DNA of 64,000 nucleotides, from NCBI GenBank assembly GCA_013265495.1, contig MU058687.1:992001-1056000 (forward strand), in the 5' to 3' direction. Within the stretch, counting starts at the first letter, position 1, and every line of letters begins with the position of its first letter. The notes under the pieces are model-generated. The model had not been told where the DNA came from and searched no databases. It saw nothing but the letters and a program-made list of their open reading frames with translations. Shown piece by piece: positions 12,124 through 25,989 of this stretch. Source of the DNA: Vicugna vicugna (lineage: Eukaryota). The position numbers and the translations under genes are program-made.

Positions 12124-12402
12124 CAGAGATTGGCAAACTTTTTCTGTGAAGGGCGAGATGGTAAATATTTTTAGGCTTTGTGGGCCATATTTGGTCTCTG
12201 TAAAACTTTTTTTTCTTTCTTTCTCTCTCTCTTTTCCTTCCTCCCTCCCTTCCTGCCTCTCTCCCTCTCTCTCTCTCTTCTTTCTTCTTTTCTTTTCTTC
12301 CTTTCTTTTCTTTCCTTTTCTTTTTTCTTTCTTTCCCTATAAAAATGTAAAAAATCATTCTTAACTGGATTTGACCCATGGGCCATAGTTTGCTGATCCT
12401 TG
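12124..12402. mobile_element. MER58 (hAT-Charlie) with internal CT-rich simple repeat (~12207-12338)
   Basis: TIRs cagagattggcaaact… / …agtttgctgatccttg; 8-bp TSD-like ttctagat/atgtagat. Confidence 0.8.
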
Positions 12403-13659
12403 ATGTAGATTGTCTTGACTATTCTTGGTCCTTCCTATTTCCTTTATAATGCTTAGAAGCAGCTTGTCAGTTTTCAAAAACCTGCTGGAATTCAGATGAA
12501 CAGTGCATAGACTCTGTTGACTATGTTGAGGAAGAACTGACATTTTTATAGTATCAAGGCTTCTGATAGTTATGCCTGCTTTTGATTGGTTTTAAAATTG
12601 GAATTGTGGGTCTCTTCCATTCTGTAACTGTCTTACTAGGATTACCAAGGGACTGTGAACACTATAGTTTTTCTTAATGCTTCCATTTATCATGACTGTT
12701 CCTCTTGATAATAATTACTTCTCTTCGGAATTTTGATTTTAGGATATTAATTATACATATTAGAAAATAGGCATTATTTCACATAAAAACTAAAAGGACA
12801 GGAATTTGATTTCAGAATTTAATGTCTTATAATTATCATGGTCTGCTGATGTGAATGTGTTTATATAAAAATTGTGATAATCAGACATTACCTTGTTTAA
12901 GGGTATTTGTATTTCTACATACCTCTTAAATTTTTATACCGAATTTGGAGAATATTTTTATATCAAATTTTGATATTTTTATACCTAATTCTAATGGTTT
13001 CATACATAGTTTTAGGGTTTTTATGTTTTAGAGGTTTATGAAATACTTAACTGTACAAGCAAAAATTTTCAAAATATTTAACCACCGAACGTTTATTTTT
13101 CTTTTCACCTAACCAGTGTACAATGCATGCGTTTTTATGTGATTATATTTAGTGAATGTATACTATGTTTGTACTTTATTTCAAATACATTTTTATATAT
13201 TAAAAAGGTCATAGTATTCATTGAATTGATGTAAAGGTGGCTTATTTTTGTACATGTTTTTAATATGAGTATCTCTTAATATGTTTATTCCGGGGCATAA
13301 AATCTTTTTACTTTGGTAAATCAAAAAGATTCTGATAGTCTAAAATTTTGTAACATCCTTTAACTTTGAAAATTTTGAAGTACAATATTGATAACTAGTT
13401 GCCATTTATATGTAGTGTTGAAAGCATATTGCCATTGGTTTAACATTTTCTGACCCCCAAAATAAAAATAAAATGATGACCCTTGGCTGCTGATCAGCAA
13501 TTTAATCTGAAAGTAAAGTACCCTACCCTTTCGTGGACACTGTGTATTATAAATGCAGACATGAGGCTTGCAGAAAGAGTTCATTACCTTTCATAACTTT
13601 TCCACCATATTCACTTCTTTCTTATCTACATGCCTTTTAATGTCTCCTGCTTCCTTTTT

Positions 13660-13982
13660 CCTTTCCTCTGGCTTTTGCACATGCTCTTCCCTTTATCTGG
13701 AATCCCTTTTCTGTCATTTTTTGCTGTATCAATTCCTATTTTTCCTTCCCTGGGGGATGGCACTTAAACAATTATGTGTTCAGATTCTTCAGTGAGTCAG
13801 ACATTGGGGATACCTCAGTGATCAAGACCAACATGTCCCATATTTATCAAATTCTGTTCTAATTGTTGATTTACTTATCTCATTCTTCTTGTGGACTGTG
13901 AACTCCTTGAGGTTAGGTATCAGTTTATTTCCAGCACTAACACAGTACCTGGTAATTAGTAGGTGTTCAATAAATGTTGCTT
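13660..13982 (+). mobile_element. L2 3' end
   Basis: gactgtgaactccttgagg…cacagtacctggtaattagtaggtgttcaataaatgttg. Confidence 0.75.
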
Positions 13983-15384
13983 ATGCCAAAAATGTCTCAG
14001 TTGTGGATAAAATTCTCAACGCATTCACAGTTTAGTTAGAAAGTAGTTCATTCGTGTTCAGAATTTGATTATAATACTAGTTAACATGTTGGAAAGTGTT
14101 CTTACTGACTTCTGTATTATGTGTATTCTTATCACTTGTATGAACTAATTGTCGAATTGAATACAAAGCAAATGATTCTTCACAGCTTTAATGGCCTAAA
14201 GTGTTATTCTAGGCACTTTGAATTAATAAAGGAAACTTCAAGAAAAGGAACTAAACCATCACAAGCCCTGAAATGGCATACTTTTTTTCTCTGTAAATAT
14301 ATGGTCTCCATCCTTAGCTTTGTGGCGTATCTTTGACCAGCTTCTGGTCAGCTCCTTTCCCCTTTGCCCAACAATAACTGTGTTAAAGTCTTCACTATTT
14401 TGTGTAAACCATCTATGCTTACGCTGCTTTCTCTGTCTCAGGAAACATTTTTATTTTGCTTAATATCTTTAAACAGAGAAAATTAAGGCTTTCAGGCCCA
14501 GTAAAACCCACTTTCCACCCTTACCTTTTCTTAAGTTGCCATCCTCATCTTTCTTGTAGTCTCAGAATAAGCCCTTCTCCTGATTAGGGCTAAAACTCTG
14601 TATGTCCCAAAGAAATACATTTTATATTTTTATCAAAGCAGTACATACACATAGTATCTAAAAAATCAAGAAAACAGGCACCCACTGCCCCCAAGCCATC
14701 CTGGATGTGTTTCCTAATTACATTTTTTAATTCTTAGCTGTTTCTTTTGGTAGTTAACCTTCGTATCGCTAAATAATGTGCTGCTACTTTTCTGACTTAA
14801 ACGTTTTAGGTATTACATATTTACTTCCTGTTCTGATAAATAGAGGTTAGTTCTCATATTACTCTCTAACTCCATCTGCCCAGTATATTTATATCATTAT
14901 TTTTAGATGAATCGGTAAACAGTATTGTTCATTGTAGAGGTAAGCAGTATACTATGATTACATTTTCTTCAGTGTGATAACTTTTTTCTAGAATTTCTAA
15001 TGCCTGTCTTCTTGCAACATCTTTAAAATAGTCCTCCAACCCCAGACCCAAAAGCAACATCTCTTTTTCTCTTGAGGAGATCTCTCTCCCATATTCATGC
15101 ATCCTCATGTTTTTGCTTGGTCTGGTTCACTGCTCTCAAGATCTGTCAAATGGCTGTTACTCCGGCATTTCCCTTGACTGTCCTGGATTGGATTTACTGT
15201 TTGTTGAATCTCATGGCTTCCTGTTTATGGTTTAGTGCCTCCTTTTCCTGGAGTACATGCTCAAGTAACTATGAAATTGTGGGCTGGAGGTAAATTTTCT
15301 GAGTCCTTGCATATCTGAAAATGTTTTTATTCTAACCTCACAGTTGATTAGTAATTTGAATATAGAATTTATTAAATATATTTA

Positions 15385-16640
15385 AACTAAAAAAGTTTAC
15401 CCATTTCTCCCACCACCTCCCCCCTACACACCCCATCTTTGGCAACCATCAGTCTTCTCTATATCCATGGGATTGTTTTTTTTAATTAAAAATTTTTTAT
15501 ATGTCTCACTCTGCTTTATTTCATTTAGCGTAATGCCCTGCAGATCCATTTATGTTGTTGCAAATGGCAAGATTTCATTCTTTCTTATGGCTGAATAACA
15601 TTGCAAAAAATATATATAAAGCACATCTTCTTTGTCCATTCATCCATTGATGGGCACATAGGTTGTTTCCATATCTTGGCTATTGTAAATAATGCTGCAG
15701 TGAACGTGGGGATTCATATATCTTTTTGGATTAGTTTTTGTTTGTTTGTTTTCTTCTGATAAATACCCGGAAGTGAAATTGCTGGTCATATGATAGTTCT
15801 ATTTTTAATTTTTTGAAGAGCCTCCATACTGTTTTCCATAGTAGCTGCACCAACTTACATTCCCACCAACAGTACGCAAGTGTTCCCTTTTCCCTGTACC
15901 CTCAACACTTGTTATTTCTACTCTTTTTGATAATAGCCTTTCTAACAAGTATGAAGTAATATCTCATTGCAGTTTTGATCTGCATTTCCCTGATAATGAG
16001 TGATATAGAGCATCTTTTCATGTACCTGTTGGCCATCTGTATGTCTTTGGAAGAATGTCTATTCAGATCTTCTCTTTAAAAATCAGATTGTTTCTTTTTT
16101 TTTGCTGTTGAGTTATATAAGTTCTTTATCTATTTTGGAATTAGCCTCTTAACAGATACAAGGTTTGCAAATATTTTCTCCCATTCAGTAGGCCGCCTTT
16201 TCATTGTATTGATGGTTTGCTTTGCTGTGCAGAAGCTTTTTAGTTTGTTGTAGTCCCACTTTATTTTTGCTTTTGTTGCTTTGCTTTTGATGTCAGATTC
16301 AAAAAATCACTGCCAAGACCTGTGTCAAGGAGCCTACTGCCTATGTTTTCTTCTAGGAGTTTCATGGTTTCATGTTTTGCACTCAGATCTTTCATCCATT
16401 TTGAGTTAGTTTTTGTGTATGGTGTAAGATAGTAGTCCCATTATGTTCTTTTGCATGTGGCGGTCCAATTTTCCCAACACCGTTTATTGAAGAGATTGGC
16501 CTTTTTCCATTGTATATTCCTGGCTCCTTTGTCATGAATTAGTAGATTGTATAAGCATGGGTTTATTTCTGGGCTATTTTGTTCCATTGACCTATGTGTC
16601 TGTTTTTGTGCCAGTACCATACTATTCAATACTGTTTACA
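15385..16640 (-). mobile_element. L1 (3'UTR plus ORF2 C-terminal part), nested in older L1ME-like sequence (~14620-17720)
   Basis: ORF 16441..16629 (…[36 protein letters not shown]…) is decayed L1 ORF2. Confidence 0.85.
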
Positions 16641-17718
16641 TACTGTTTACTGAAGTTGAACATAATTATTCCTCAAGGTTTTAGGGTCAGTGTTCTCTTT
16701 TCTTCTGATACCTAGCGTAGCCATTGTGCTGTTCTGATTCTTTTAGATGGTTTCTCCCTACTGCCAGAAATTTTTTTAAATCCCCATTGTTTTAGTATTT
16801 TACAGTGTTTTTGTTTGTTTGTTTAGTTTTATTACTTGTACTGATACTTATTTTGCTGGGCCCTTTTCATCTGGAGATTAGAGTCTCTTAACTCTGGAAA
16901 ATTTCTTTGTCTTATTTGTTCATTAATTTTTTTTCTCTTTTCTGTTTTTCTCTTTCTAGAACGCCTCATTTGTAGGATTTTGGACCTTCTGGATTAATTA
17001 TATTTGTTTCTATTCTCTCTCAAATTTTGTTATACCTTCTGAGATACCTCTCATCCTTTTTTTTGCATTTTAAATTTTGATAATTAAAAAACAGTTTTTG
17101 TAGTTCTGATTCTGATCCTTTTTTTATTGCTCTTGATTTATAGATACAGTATCTTTAGGAATCTCTCTAAGGATACTAACTTGAGGGGTTTTTTTATTTT
17201 GGAGACATTCCTCAAATATCTTGTGAACTTTGGTTGTCCTTTTATATTTAAAAATGGAAGACACAAGCTGATTGGGAACTCTGTGTGCATATGGGGGACT
17301 AACCAACTGTCAGTCTTTAAGTGATAGGGCAGAGAGCTGTCTGCAAATGCTAGGGAACTCTGAAATTCAAGAATTTAGAGACAGTCAAGCCCAGGGAAAG
17401 GCTGATCAATGGTTTCAAATATAGATTTTAATTTACTTAATTTTAGCTTCAAGTCTTATCCTGCCTGTCTTTCCCCAGCATCCCTGGCACCTGGGAATTT
17501 TGACCCTCTCTGGGTTCCTGTGGGCAAGGCAGCCCCATTTTGATTGTATTCCTCTCTGCTATCAGCACTCTAAACTGCAGCTCTTTTCCTGCTGCCACGT
17601 GTTACCACTCATGTTTGTTCTTAGTCTTCCAGAGTTAAAGAAAAAAAAAAAAAGTTCTCATCTGCTTGTAGTCCTTTCTCTTTGTTTATGGTAGGTTTAT
17701 ATATTTTTTTAAATTCCT

Positions 17719-18625
17719 TGTGATGACTCTATAAAAGTATCAACTTGGCCAGACTAAAGTACATTTCCCAGAGTTCCCTTCCTTATATGTTTCTGATTCG
17801 GGTGGATCACAAGGGAGATTTTTTGCATCTAAATGAAACATTTATCGCTGGACAGCCAAAAACTTTCTGATCCTTTCCCCAGAAAAGAATATAAAGTCCC
17901 TTTTTTGTCTTTGGAGAAATCGTCATTCTTCTTAGCTGGTTCACATCCGCTCTTTTATATTCTGTAACTTAAAGTCTAAGATATGAAGTTAACTATTATT
18001 AATACATCTTAATGATATGGAAGAAAGATCAACCAAAAATCTGATTAGTATGTTTATATTTAAGCATCTAATATCAAATTAAGGAAGAAATGCTTATAGC
18101 TATCACAGCCCTTATTTTTATAACTGGTCGTGTAATTATAGTATTTATATACTTTTTCTTCCTCTGTTTAATTCATATTCCCTTTGCTTCCAGCGAGCTC
18201 TTCAGCTGGTTCTAGTTCCTTGCCTGGTGGGGGGACCCAAACCTTCAATCTTGAAAGGTTTGAGCTATCCTTAGCCCTGCCTGAATTGAGTTATTATAGT
18301 TTTCTGTTGACTTTAAACCCAGGACATGGAAGTACTAAGGGGTATCCTAGAGGATCTCCTCCATTCTATACATACTCCTCACCCTCACTGTGTGTAATTA
18401 ACCCGATTTCCCCTTGAAAAACAGGATAAATCACCCCCAGCCAGTACAGTAACTCCCTTCTTTGCCTATTGATTCAGAACCCAAAGTGGCCAGATAGCAG
18501 TCTCAGTTTGAGTTTAATAGAGTCATTGTTGTGTCCCCTGAGAGAAGCATTCCTCCCTTTGAAACTAAGGCTTATAGATCAGCAAAGCCTAATGTCACAG
18601 GGATAGGAAGTAAATATTTTGCTGA
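17719..18625 (-). mobile_element. ERVL relic: LTR fragment plus internal dUTPase region
   Basis: LTR-like tgtgatg…tacatttcccagagttcccttcc. The - strand of 18110-18625 gives decayed ERVL dUTPase-like motifs (KGGMLLSGDTTM…GHFG…AKKGVTVLAG…GDPLG). Confidence 0.7.
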
Positions 18626-19044
18626 AACTGAATTTATTACTCTCATTTATTTCCCTAACAAATGAAAGAAAAGCTCTTTTCTCTTTAGAGGCATGAAAGA
18701 CATCACCGACTACTCAGTCACCTAAATCAAAAACCTTGGAACCATCCTAAATTCTTCTTTTTCCATTATTTTAATCCCACCTGTTAGAAAATTCTATCAG
18801 TTTTACCTTCCTTCACATCTTCACATCTTTCACTTTTATCTCCTCCTTTACATCCTCATTATTAGTCACTGCCTTAGTACAGTCTTCACTTTACTTACTC
18901 AAATTGCAGAAACAAAAAACTTTTCCTATTTATCCATCTGAAACTTTTCTTCTAGAGCAGTCTTTTAAAAATCAGATCATATTTAGTGGCTCTAAGCGTT
19001 TAGAATGTAATTCCCATCTCCTTCCCGAGCTGAATGAATTTACA

Positions 19045-19455
19045 TATTGTAACAGAGATCCAAAGTCACATGGCTTTAACGTATTAGAGGTTTATTCTCT
19101 CTCAGGTCTTATGTGGTGCCTCTACAGTGTCAAGAACCCAGGTTCCTTCTGATTTGTTACTTTACCACCTCTTAGTATGTTGCCCTTATCTACATGGTCC
19201 AGGATGCCTCACCACCATGTCAGAGCCAGCATGAAAAAGAAAGTGATGATGAGGAGGATGTGTCTTTCCCTTTAAGTTTACAACCCAGAAGGATATGTAA
19301 ATCATTTTCACTCTTGGCCCATTAGCCAGAGCATGGAACAAGGAACAAGGAAGGAGAGTCTTTAGTCTGGCTGTCCTTGTTTCCAGCTACAAATGGAGAG
19401 GCTCAATTAAAAAGGAGAATGGAAATTGGAGGAATACCAGTAGTCCATGCCACTG
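19045..19455 (-). mobile_element. MaLR LTR (MLT1-type) inserted in an L2 (~18700-20000, + strand)
   Basis: tgtaacagag…gaacccaggttccttctg…cattagccagagc; the L2 tail resumes to ~20000. Confidence 0.6.
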
Positions 19456-20514
19456 AGGCATAAAAGGTCTTCTGGAGGTTGAACCTTGCCTGCCTCTTTG
19501 TCTTTTATCTCTTTATGTGCTGCTTTTCCACTCCTCTTCCTTTCCTAGCTATCCCAGAGTTTGTCTCCTCTTTCCTTCAGCCACGGTAAACTGTTTGCAC
19601 ATCCAAACATGCTATGCTGATACATGTTTCTCTGCCTTTCCTCATAATGCTGAAATATCCTTGCTACCCACTTCTCTCATCTCCAGTATACTCTGATAAC
19701 CTGATCTCTGAGAATTTGTTTTTCAGGAGTTAACTTAAGCGTCTTCTATTATATAAAGACTTTATTGTATAGCACCCCCTTCACCCTGGTAGGATTGACC
19801 ATTCTCTCTTCTGTTGCCCTTATAATATGCAGATGGACATTAATCATTGCACCTTTTGGCAGTTTTATACACTTAGATTCTTCATCTTGGATTGTAAACC
19901 CTCTGAGGGCAAAGAAGACATTTTATTCATGAATCCCTTGAATTTAATGTAGTTCCTGACAGACGGGATGTGCACTAAATATTTATCAAATGAGCAAGTG
20001 GGTCCATAGCAAAAACATCTCTGTCCAGTTTTAAAATGTCAATGCACACTCTTAAGATATAGCTGACTGCTGTTTTTTAAGCTTTTGTCAGTTAATCAAG
20101 ATGATAATGCTAGCTCCAACAATATTTATAATCATCCTATATTCTCTTGTTCATTGTTTCATATTTAGTTTTTAGTTATAATTTAATTCTAAAAGTTCTT
20201 TCAGAATTAGCTATGGGGCCTTTTTTCCTGTTTAAAATGAGTGGACTTTTCTGTCTACTAAGGCACAATATTATAGTTGCTTTTTTAACAATTCAGTATA
20301 TTAGTGACTTGCTGCAGATTTGTCCTAAGACTTTCTGAGCTCTGCCACGATAACATACTGGTTCTAAGTTACAAATATTTCACAATTTGTTTAATGACTG
20401 ACAGAGTCATTTTTGTAAACAGATTCTAAGGCAAGATTGCCTTAAATATTCTTACATGGAGATTTTTTTTTTCTGATTTACTGTCTTGAGTAATATCTTT
20501 TGTTTTACTTGTAG

Positions 20515-22629
20515 ATTTGATGGTCCTCGAAGATTTGAGGATTTAGGGTCAAGGTATGAAGGACCGAGACCCAAAGGGCCTCGTTTTGAAGGAAATCGCC
20601 CCGATGGGCCAAGACCCAGATATGAAGGTCACCCAACAGAGGGCACTAAAAGCAAATGGGGAATGATTCCCCGGGGGCCGGCATCTCAGTTCTATATTAC
20701 CCCCAATACATCCCTCAGTCCTCGACAGAGTGGACCACAGTGGAAAGGCCCCAAACCAGCTTTTGGACAGCAACATCAGCAGCAACCTAAGTCACAAGCA
20801 GAACCAGGAAACAAAGAACCATTAGCAGACACCAGTAGTAACCAGCAGAAGAATTTTAAAATGCAATCAGCTGCATTTTCCATTGCTGCAGATGTAAAGG
20901 ATGCCAAGGCGGCTCAGTCAAATGAGAATCTAAGCGACTCTCAACAAGAGCCACCTAAAAGTGAAGTCTCGGAAGGGCCCATAGAGCCTTCTGATTGGGA
21001 CCAGAATTCTCAAAGTATGGAGACTCAAATGGACACAGCCCAAGCTGTTACTCAGCCTGTACCCCTTGCAAATAAACCTGTACCTTCTCAATCTACTTTT
21101 CCCTCAAAAACAGGGGGGATGGAGGGAGGAGCAACAGTAGCAACATCATCATCACTCACTGCAGACAATGATTTTAAACCTTTGTGTGCTGGTCTGCCCC
21201 ACTCAGAAAACAACCAAGATAAAGGGCTGCCTCGGCCAGATAACAGAGACAATAGATTAGAAGGCAATCGAGGCAGCAGCTCAACTTACAGAGGTCCTGG
21301 GCAAAGCAGAATGGAAGACACACGGGATAAAGGACTAGTAAATAGAGGTCGAGGGCAGGCAATCAGCCGTGGCCCAGGGTTGATCAAGCAAGAAGACTTT
21401 CGTGATAAAATGATGGGTAGAAGAGAAGACAGTCGGGAGAAGATGAGCAGAGGAGAAGGCAGCCGGGACAGAGGGTTGGTGAGGCCAGGAAGCAGTCGGG
21501 AGAAAGTGCCAGGTGGTCTGCAAGGCAATCAAGACAGAGGTAGAGCTGGCAGCCGAGAAAGGGGACCACCTCGAAGGGCTGGCAGTCAGGAGAGAGGACC
21601 CCCTCGAAGGCCTGGGAGTAGGGAGAGGGTACCACCCCGAAGAGCTGGGAGCAGGGAGAGGGGACCACCTCGAGGACCTGGCAGTCGGGAGAGGGGACTG
21701 GGAAGACCAGATTTTGGTCGTGACAGAGGTCCATTTAGACCAGAACCAGGAGATGGTGGGGAAAAAATGTATCCATATCACCGGGAAGAGCCTCCTAGGG
21801 CTCCATGGAACCATGGAGAAGAGAGAGGGCATGAAGAGTTCCCATTAGATGGTAGAAATGCCCCAATGGAACGAGAAAGACTTGACGATTGGGATAGGGA
21901 GAGATACTGGAGAGAATGTGAACGAGACTATCAAGATGATACACTTGATCCGTATAACAGAGAGGACAGGTTCTCGGCACCACCATCTCGATCTCATGAT
22001 GGAGATAGACGAGGCCCTTGGTGGGATGACTGGGAGAGAGATCAGGATATGGATGAGGACTACAACAGGGAAATGGACAGGGACTTAGATAGGGATGTGG
22101 ATCGGATTGGAAGACCCATGGATATGTATGATAGAAATTTGGATAATGAGTGGGACAGAGATTATGGGAGACCACTGGATGAACAAGAATCACAGTTTCG
22201 TGAACGAGATATTCCATCTCTTCCACCTTTACCACCCCTCCCACCTCTTCCACCTTTGGATAGATATCGGGATGATAGATGGAGAGAAGAAAGAAATCGA
22301 GACCATGGGTATGATCGAGATTTCCGTGATAGGGGTGAGTTGAGGATCCGAGAGTATCCAGAAAGAGGAGATACATGGCGGGAAAAGCGAGATTATATTC
22401 CTGACAGAATGGACTGGGAAAGAGAACGGTTGTCAGACAGATGGTACCCATCTGATGTGGATAGACATTCCCCCATGGCGGAACATATGCCCTCCTCACA
22501 TCATTCTTCTGAAATGATAGGGTCGGATGCAAACTTAGACTCTGACCAAAGCCTTGGAGGGGTAATGGTTCTCAGTCAGAGGCAGCATGAAATCATTTTG
22601 AAAGCTGCACAAGAACTGAAAATGCTTCG
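20515..22629 (+). CDS. YLPM1: YLPM1 exon 5 (2115 nt; RG/RD/RE-rich low-complexity region), phase 2/2
   Basis: ttttacttgtag|A TTT GAT … ATG CTT CG|gtaagt; ORF 20486..22633. Confidence 0.97.
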
Positions 22630-23299
22630 GTAAGTTGACTACTTAAGATCATTTCTTTTAGTCAAAACCACATTCGGACTGCTCTTTTTAAAATGATTGT
22701 GATATATTTGAATGGAATCATTTTACTTCAAGTTCTTACCACGTAATTTTAATTTTTATTTCTGGTCGTTGAGTGCTGTTTGAGAGTAGGATGGGTATTT
22801 AGGTACTGTGTTAACTAAACTTATGTCCTGAAATATGAAACTTTGATAGCCATTCTTGGCTTTTATAGATGTGTTGCTGCAATACCATGCCTCTGCATGT
22901 TTCAAGTTCAAACTTTGCGGTGCTCTGGATTCACAGAGCTCATATGTAAAATCTTTTTTTCCCCCGGGAGGCAGTTTGTTCTTTGATATCAGATCTCATA
23001 GACTTCATATTCACTGATCTTTGGTATAACTTTGGAAAGTGCCGGAAGGGTTTATTTTTTTCTCTGTTGAAGCTAAGAATATTTTACCTGGGAGCAGCCT
23101 CAGATTTGTGTAACCATTGATTTTTTCTTTTGGGGATGTTTTATCTTTCATTATAACTAGAAGCATATATCTCTACTTGAAGATATTACTTGTTTCTACA
23201 TAGTCAGGTATTTTCTTTGTGAGATGGAGAATAGAATTTGGATTTCTTGATTTACAATCACCTAACTATGTATACGTAGCTACGTAATGCTTCCCATTA

Positions 23300-24015
23300 G
23301 TAGCAATAATAATAAAAGCTAACATTTATTGTATGCTTACTGTGTACCAGGAACTGTACTAAGTGCTTTGTATGCATTAATTCATGTAATCCTTATACCA
23401 GCTATATCCTGAGATAAGAATTTAGGAGTCATTGACAGATTGCAAGCTTTCTGAGTAATTTCTTAGGAATTAGCAATGTTTGGTGAAAATAAATTAATAG
23501 TTAGGCTTTGATATATCCCAAAGTATTGTGTTTCTTTCACTTTTCAATTCTGGTCTACATTTGTGGATTATGTGAATTAAAATTACAACTGAAGCTTTAT
23601 AATTAGAAAATTATGATGAGGAAAAATACTTGTAAGTAAAGATGAAAGATCAGGTGTCCCAGGAAGCAAAACAGATTTCTGTGGTCTATAGAAGTTACGC
23701 TCTAAGAGGTGGGACTTTTCCAGATTACTCATGAAAAAGATGTGGAAAGCGTGCCATAGAACATTTAGCTACTACATACGGAATTTACTTTTAAATTATG
23801 GACACCTTTAATTTAACACCTACTGTGTGCTGGCACTGTGCTGATAATTTACAGTGTATTCTCAGTCCTCCTATCTCAAATCTTTATCTCAAAGGCCTAC
23901 AAAGATAAGTGGCATTATTCGCACTTCACAAATAACACTAAGGCTTAGAGAGTACCACTTGGCTACTAAGTGGTAAACCTGTAATTTGAACCCAGTCTGT
24001 GACTCTAAAATCTAT
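23300..24015 (-). mobile_element. Two MIR fragments (~23300-23410, ~23810-24015)
   Basis: gctaacatttattgtatgcttactgtgtaccagg… and …aggcttagag…atttgaacccagtctgtgactc. Confidence 0.65.
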
Positions 24016-24574
24016 TTTGTTTATGGAGAACACCAAGCTGATTGGTGTTATTAAGCTGCCAAAGTTTCTTTCCTTTCCTTTTTAAAATTTCTTTTTCATC
24101 CATTATTGCTTTGTATAGAAATGCTGAATAAAAGGTACTTCATCCTTTTTTTTTTTAAAGCTCTTTCTAGGCCACATAAACATAATTAAACAAAATATGT
24201 GAAGTTATGGATAGGTGTGATCATAGTTGGATACAAGTCAGCTATGTTGTGTTGGGGTAGAGTCATAATGTGATTTACATGGGGCAGAAGAATAATCTTT
24301 TTATATACTTGATCCTTTCTTTGTGTCCATTTGGGCCACTGCACTTTACAACAATAGGAGAAAATTGTAAAAGTTCTGAAGAGGCTGTAGTAGATGTTAT
24401 ATTTGTTTAAGGTGGGCATTGTAAGGAAAAGTAAAAGGAATTTTACCAGAGATTTAAAGAAAAACTTTAAATTAAAGTTTGAATAAAGTTTAATAAGCAA
24501 AGAAGGGTTATAATTACTCTTTGAAGTTTTGGTTTTAAAGGTATAAACTGACAATTGTTCTCACCATATACACT

Positions 24575-24925
24575 GGAGGCCATAAACTAAAATGCCCACG
24601 AGAAACAGACAGTTAACTAAGATGAGTGAAAATGGGCCAGGCTAACTCTGCTGAATGTGGTAAGGATTGTGGCAAATGCTTCATCTAAAAAGGGTAGCCA
24701 CTACTCCACTAAGCTGATGGTTAGCATGTGGGAATGTAGGCCCAATATTTCCAAATCTCTTTAAAATTTGAATTTATATTGAAATATATATTATTTTGCT
24801 TTGTAAATAATAACTAAGTCAGATTTTTAAAACTGTTGTGAAAGCCAAGTTTTTTTAAAAAACCATGTATTCATATATTCAGATATATTCATATTTAGCC
24901 AATGGGCTACCATTTTGCGACCTCT
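24575..24925. mobile_element. MER102-like hAT-Charlie element
   Basis: …agatgagtgaaaatgggccagg…catgtgggaatgtaggcccaatatttcca…ttttgcgacctct. Confidence 0.6.
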
Positions 24926-25264
24926 TATCTAAAGAGTATTGAACGAAAAAAATAGTAAGAGATTTTTGTGGGATGAATGACAAATATGACAAGTAGGTGA
25001 GATATTAAAATAGACTCCAGAGACAGATTGTAGAATTGATCCTTGAAGATCTTCAATAAATTATCATTATTTACAGGTCATAGATTACTGATCAGTTAGC
25101 TCATAAAGGCAAGAGAATATTGCCCTGGAGGTGCTCTGTGGGCACTGCAGACAGTTTTAGAACAAGGTTTTTAATTTCCTTTTTCGTTCTTCGATATTAA
25201 TTGTAGTTATTTAGGAATGGAGAACACATGCCTTCAGTACAATGACAATTTTATTTGTTTCCAG

Positions 25265-25385
25265 GGAACAGAAAGAACAGCTTCAAAAGATGAAAGACTA
25301 TGGGGCTGAGCCGCAGATGCCTGACCATCTACCACCCCAAGATTCCAGACTGCAGAATACATCTTCAAGACCTGGAATGTATCCG
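25265..25385 (+). CDS. YLPM1: YLPM1 exon 6 (EQKEQLQKMKD…RPGMYP)
   Basis: ttttatttgtttccag|G GAA … CCG|gtatgg. Confidence 0.95.
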
Positions 25386-25989
25386 GTATGGGAAAATGTA
25401 TGCTCAGATAATGAAATGGTTCCTACTTTGTATGTTTGTATATTGTTTAATTTTTTTTGTATTACAATAAGTATAAATTTCCTCTGAAAAATGTAAATTT
25501 TGGAAAAGTAAAAAACTAATGTTAACAGACCTTAGAAAGTATACCAAGCACATTTTGTGATCACAAAACTAGAATTTTCCTGGTAATCCTTTTTTGTTGA
25601 ATTAGTCCTGTTTTCCTTCTGGGCAGTGCAAGGACTCCCTGTGAGCCCTACAATGTGAGCTTCATAGTTTCCCTCCCTTTTTAGGCTACTAGTCCTTAGC
25701 TAGGGAGGGGATGGAACATCGTGCACCAGTTCAGGCAGTGAAGTTATGTTAAAAACTTGTGTGATTAAGTCCTCCCCTTGTTTTGCTTTCGTTTTGTTGT
25801 TGTTTGACCTTTAAGCCAGTGATGGGCTTTAAAAATGTTACCATGCAAATAACTTTATAACACAGTGAGAGAGAAAAAAAAACACTATTGTGCCTTTTCA
25901 TCAGATTAACTTTTCATTTCTCAATGTTCCCTTCTATCCTGATCTAACACACAACATTCATACGTAATGATTGATGTCAACAGCCACCA

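Larger units (their letters stand above)
9570..12560 (-). mobile_element. Old L1M element (3'UTR plus ORF2 end) interrupted by piggyBac-like and MER58 insertions
   Basis: L1 3'UTR text at 9570-10430 resumes at 11622 (ttaatggtatcttttga…) and again after 12410. Confidence 0.75.

Noticed and set aside
12068..12386. Lys/Arg/Glu-rich and Phe/Ser-rich ORFs
   Set aside because: Translation of a CT-rich simple repeat inside MER58.
21335..22532. Antisense ORFs of 165 and 245 aa opposite exon 5
   Set aside because: By-product of repetitive R/D/E codon usage; no recognisable domain, promoter or splice context.
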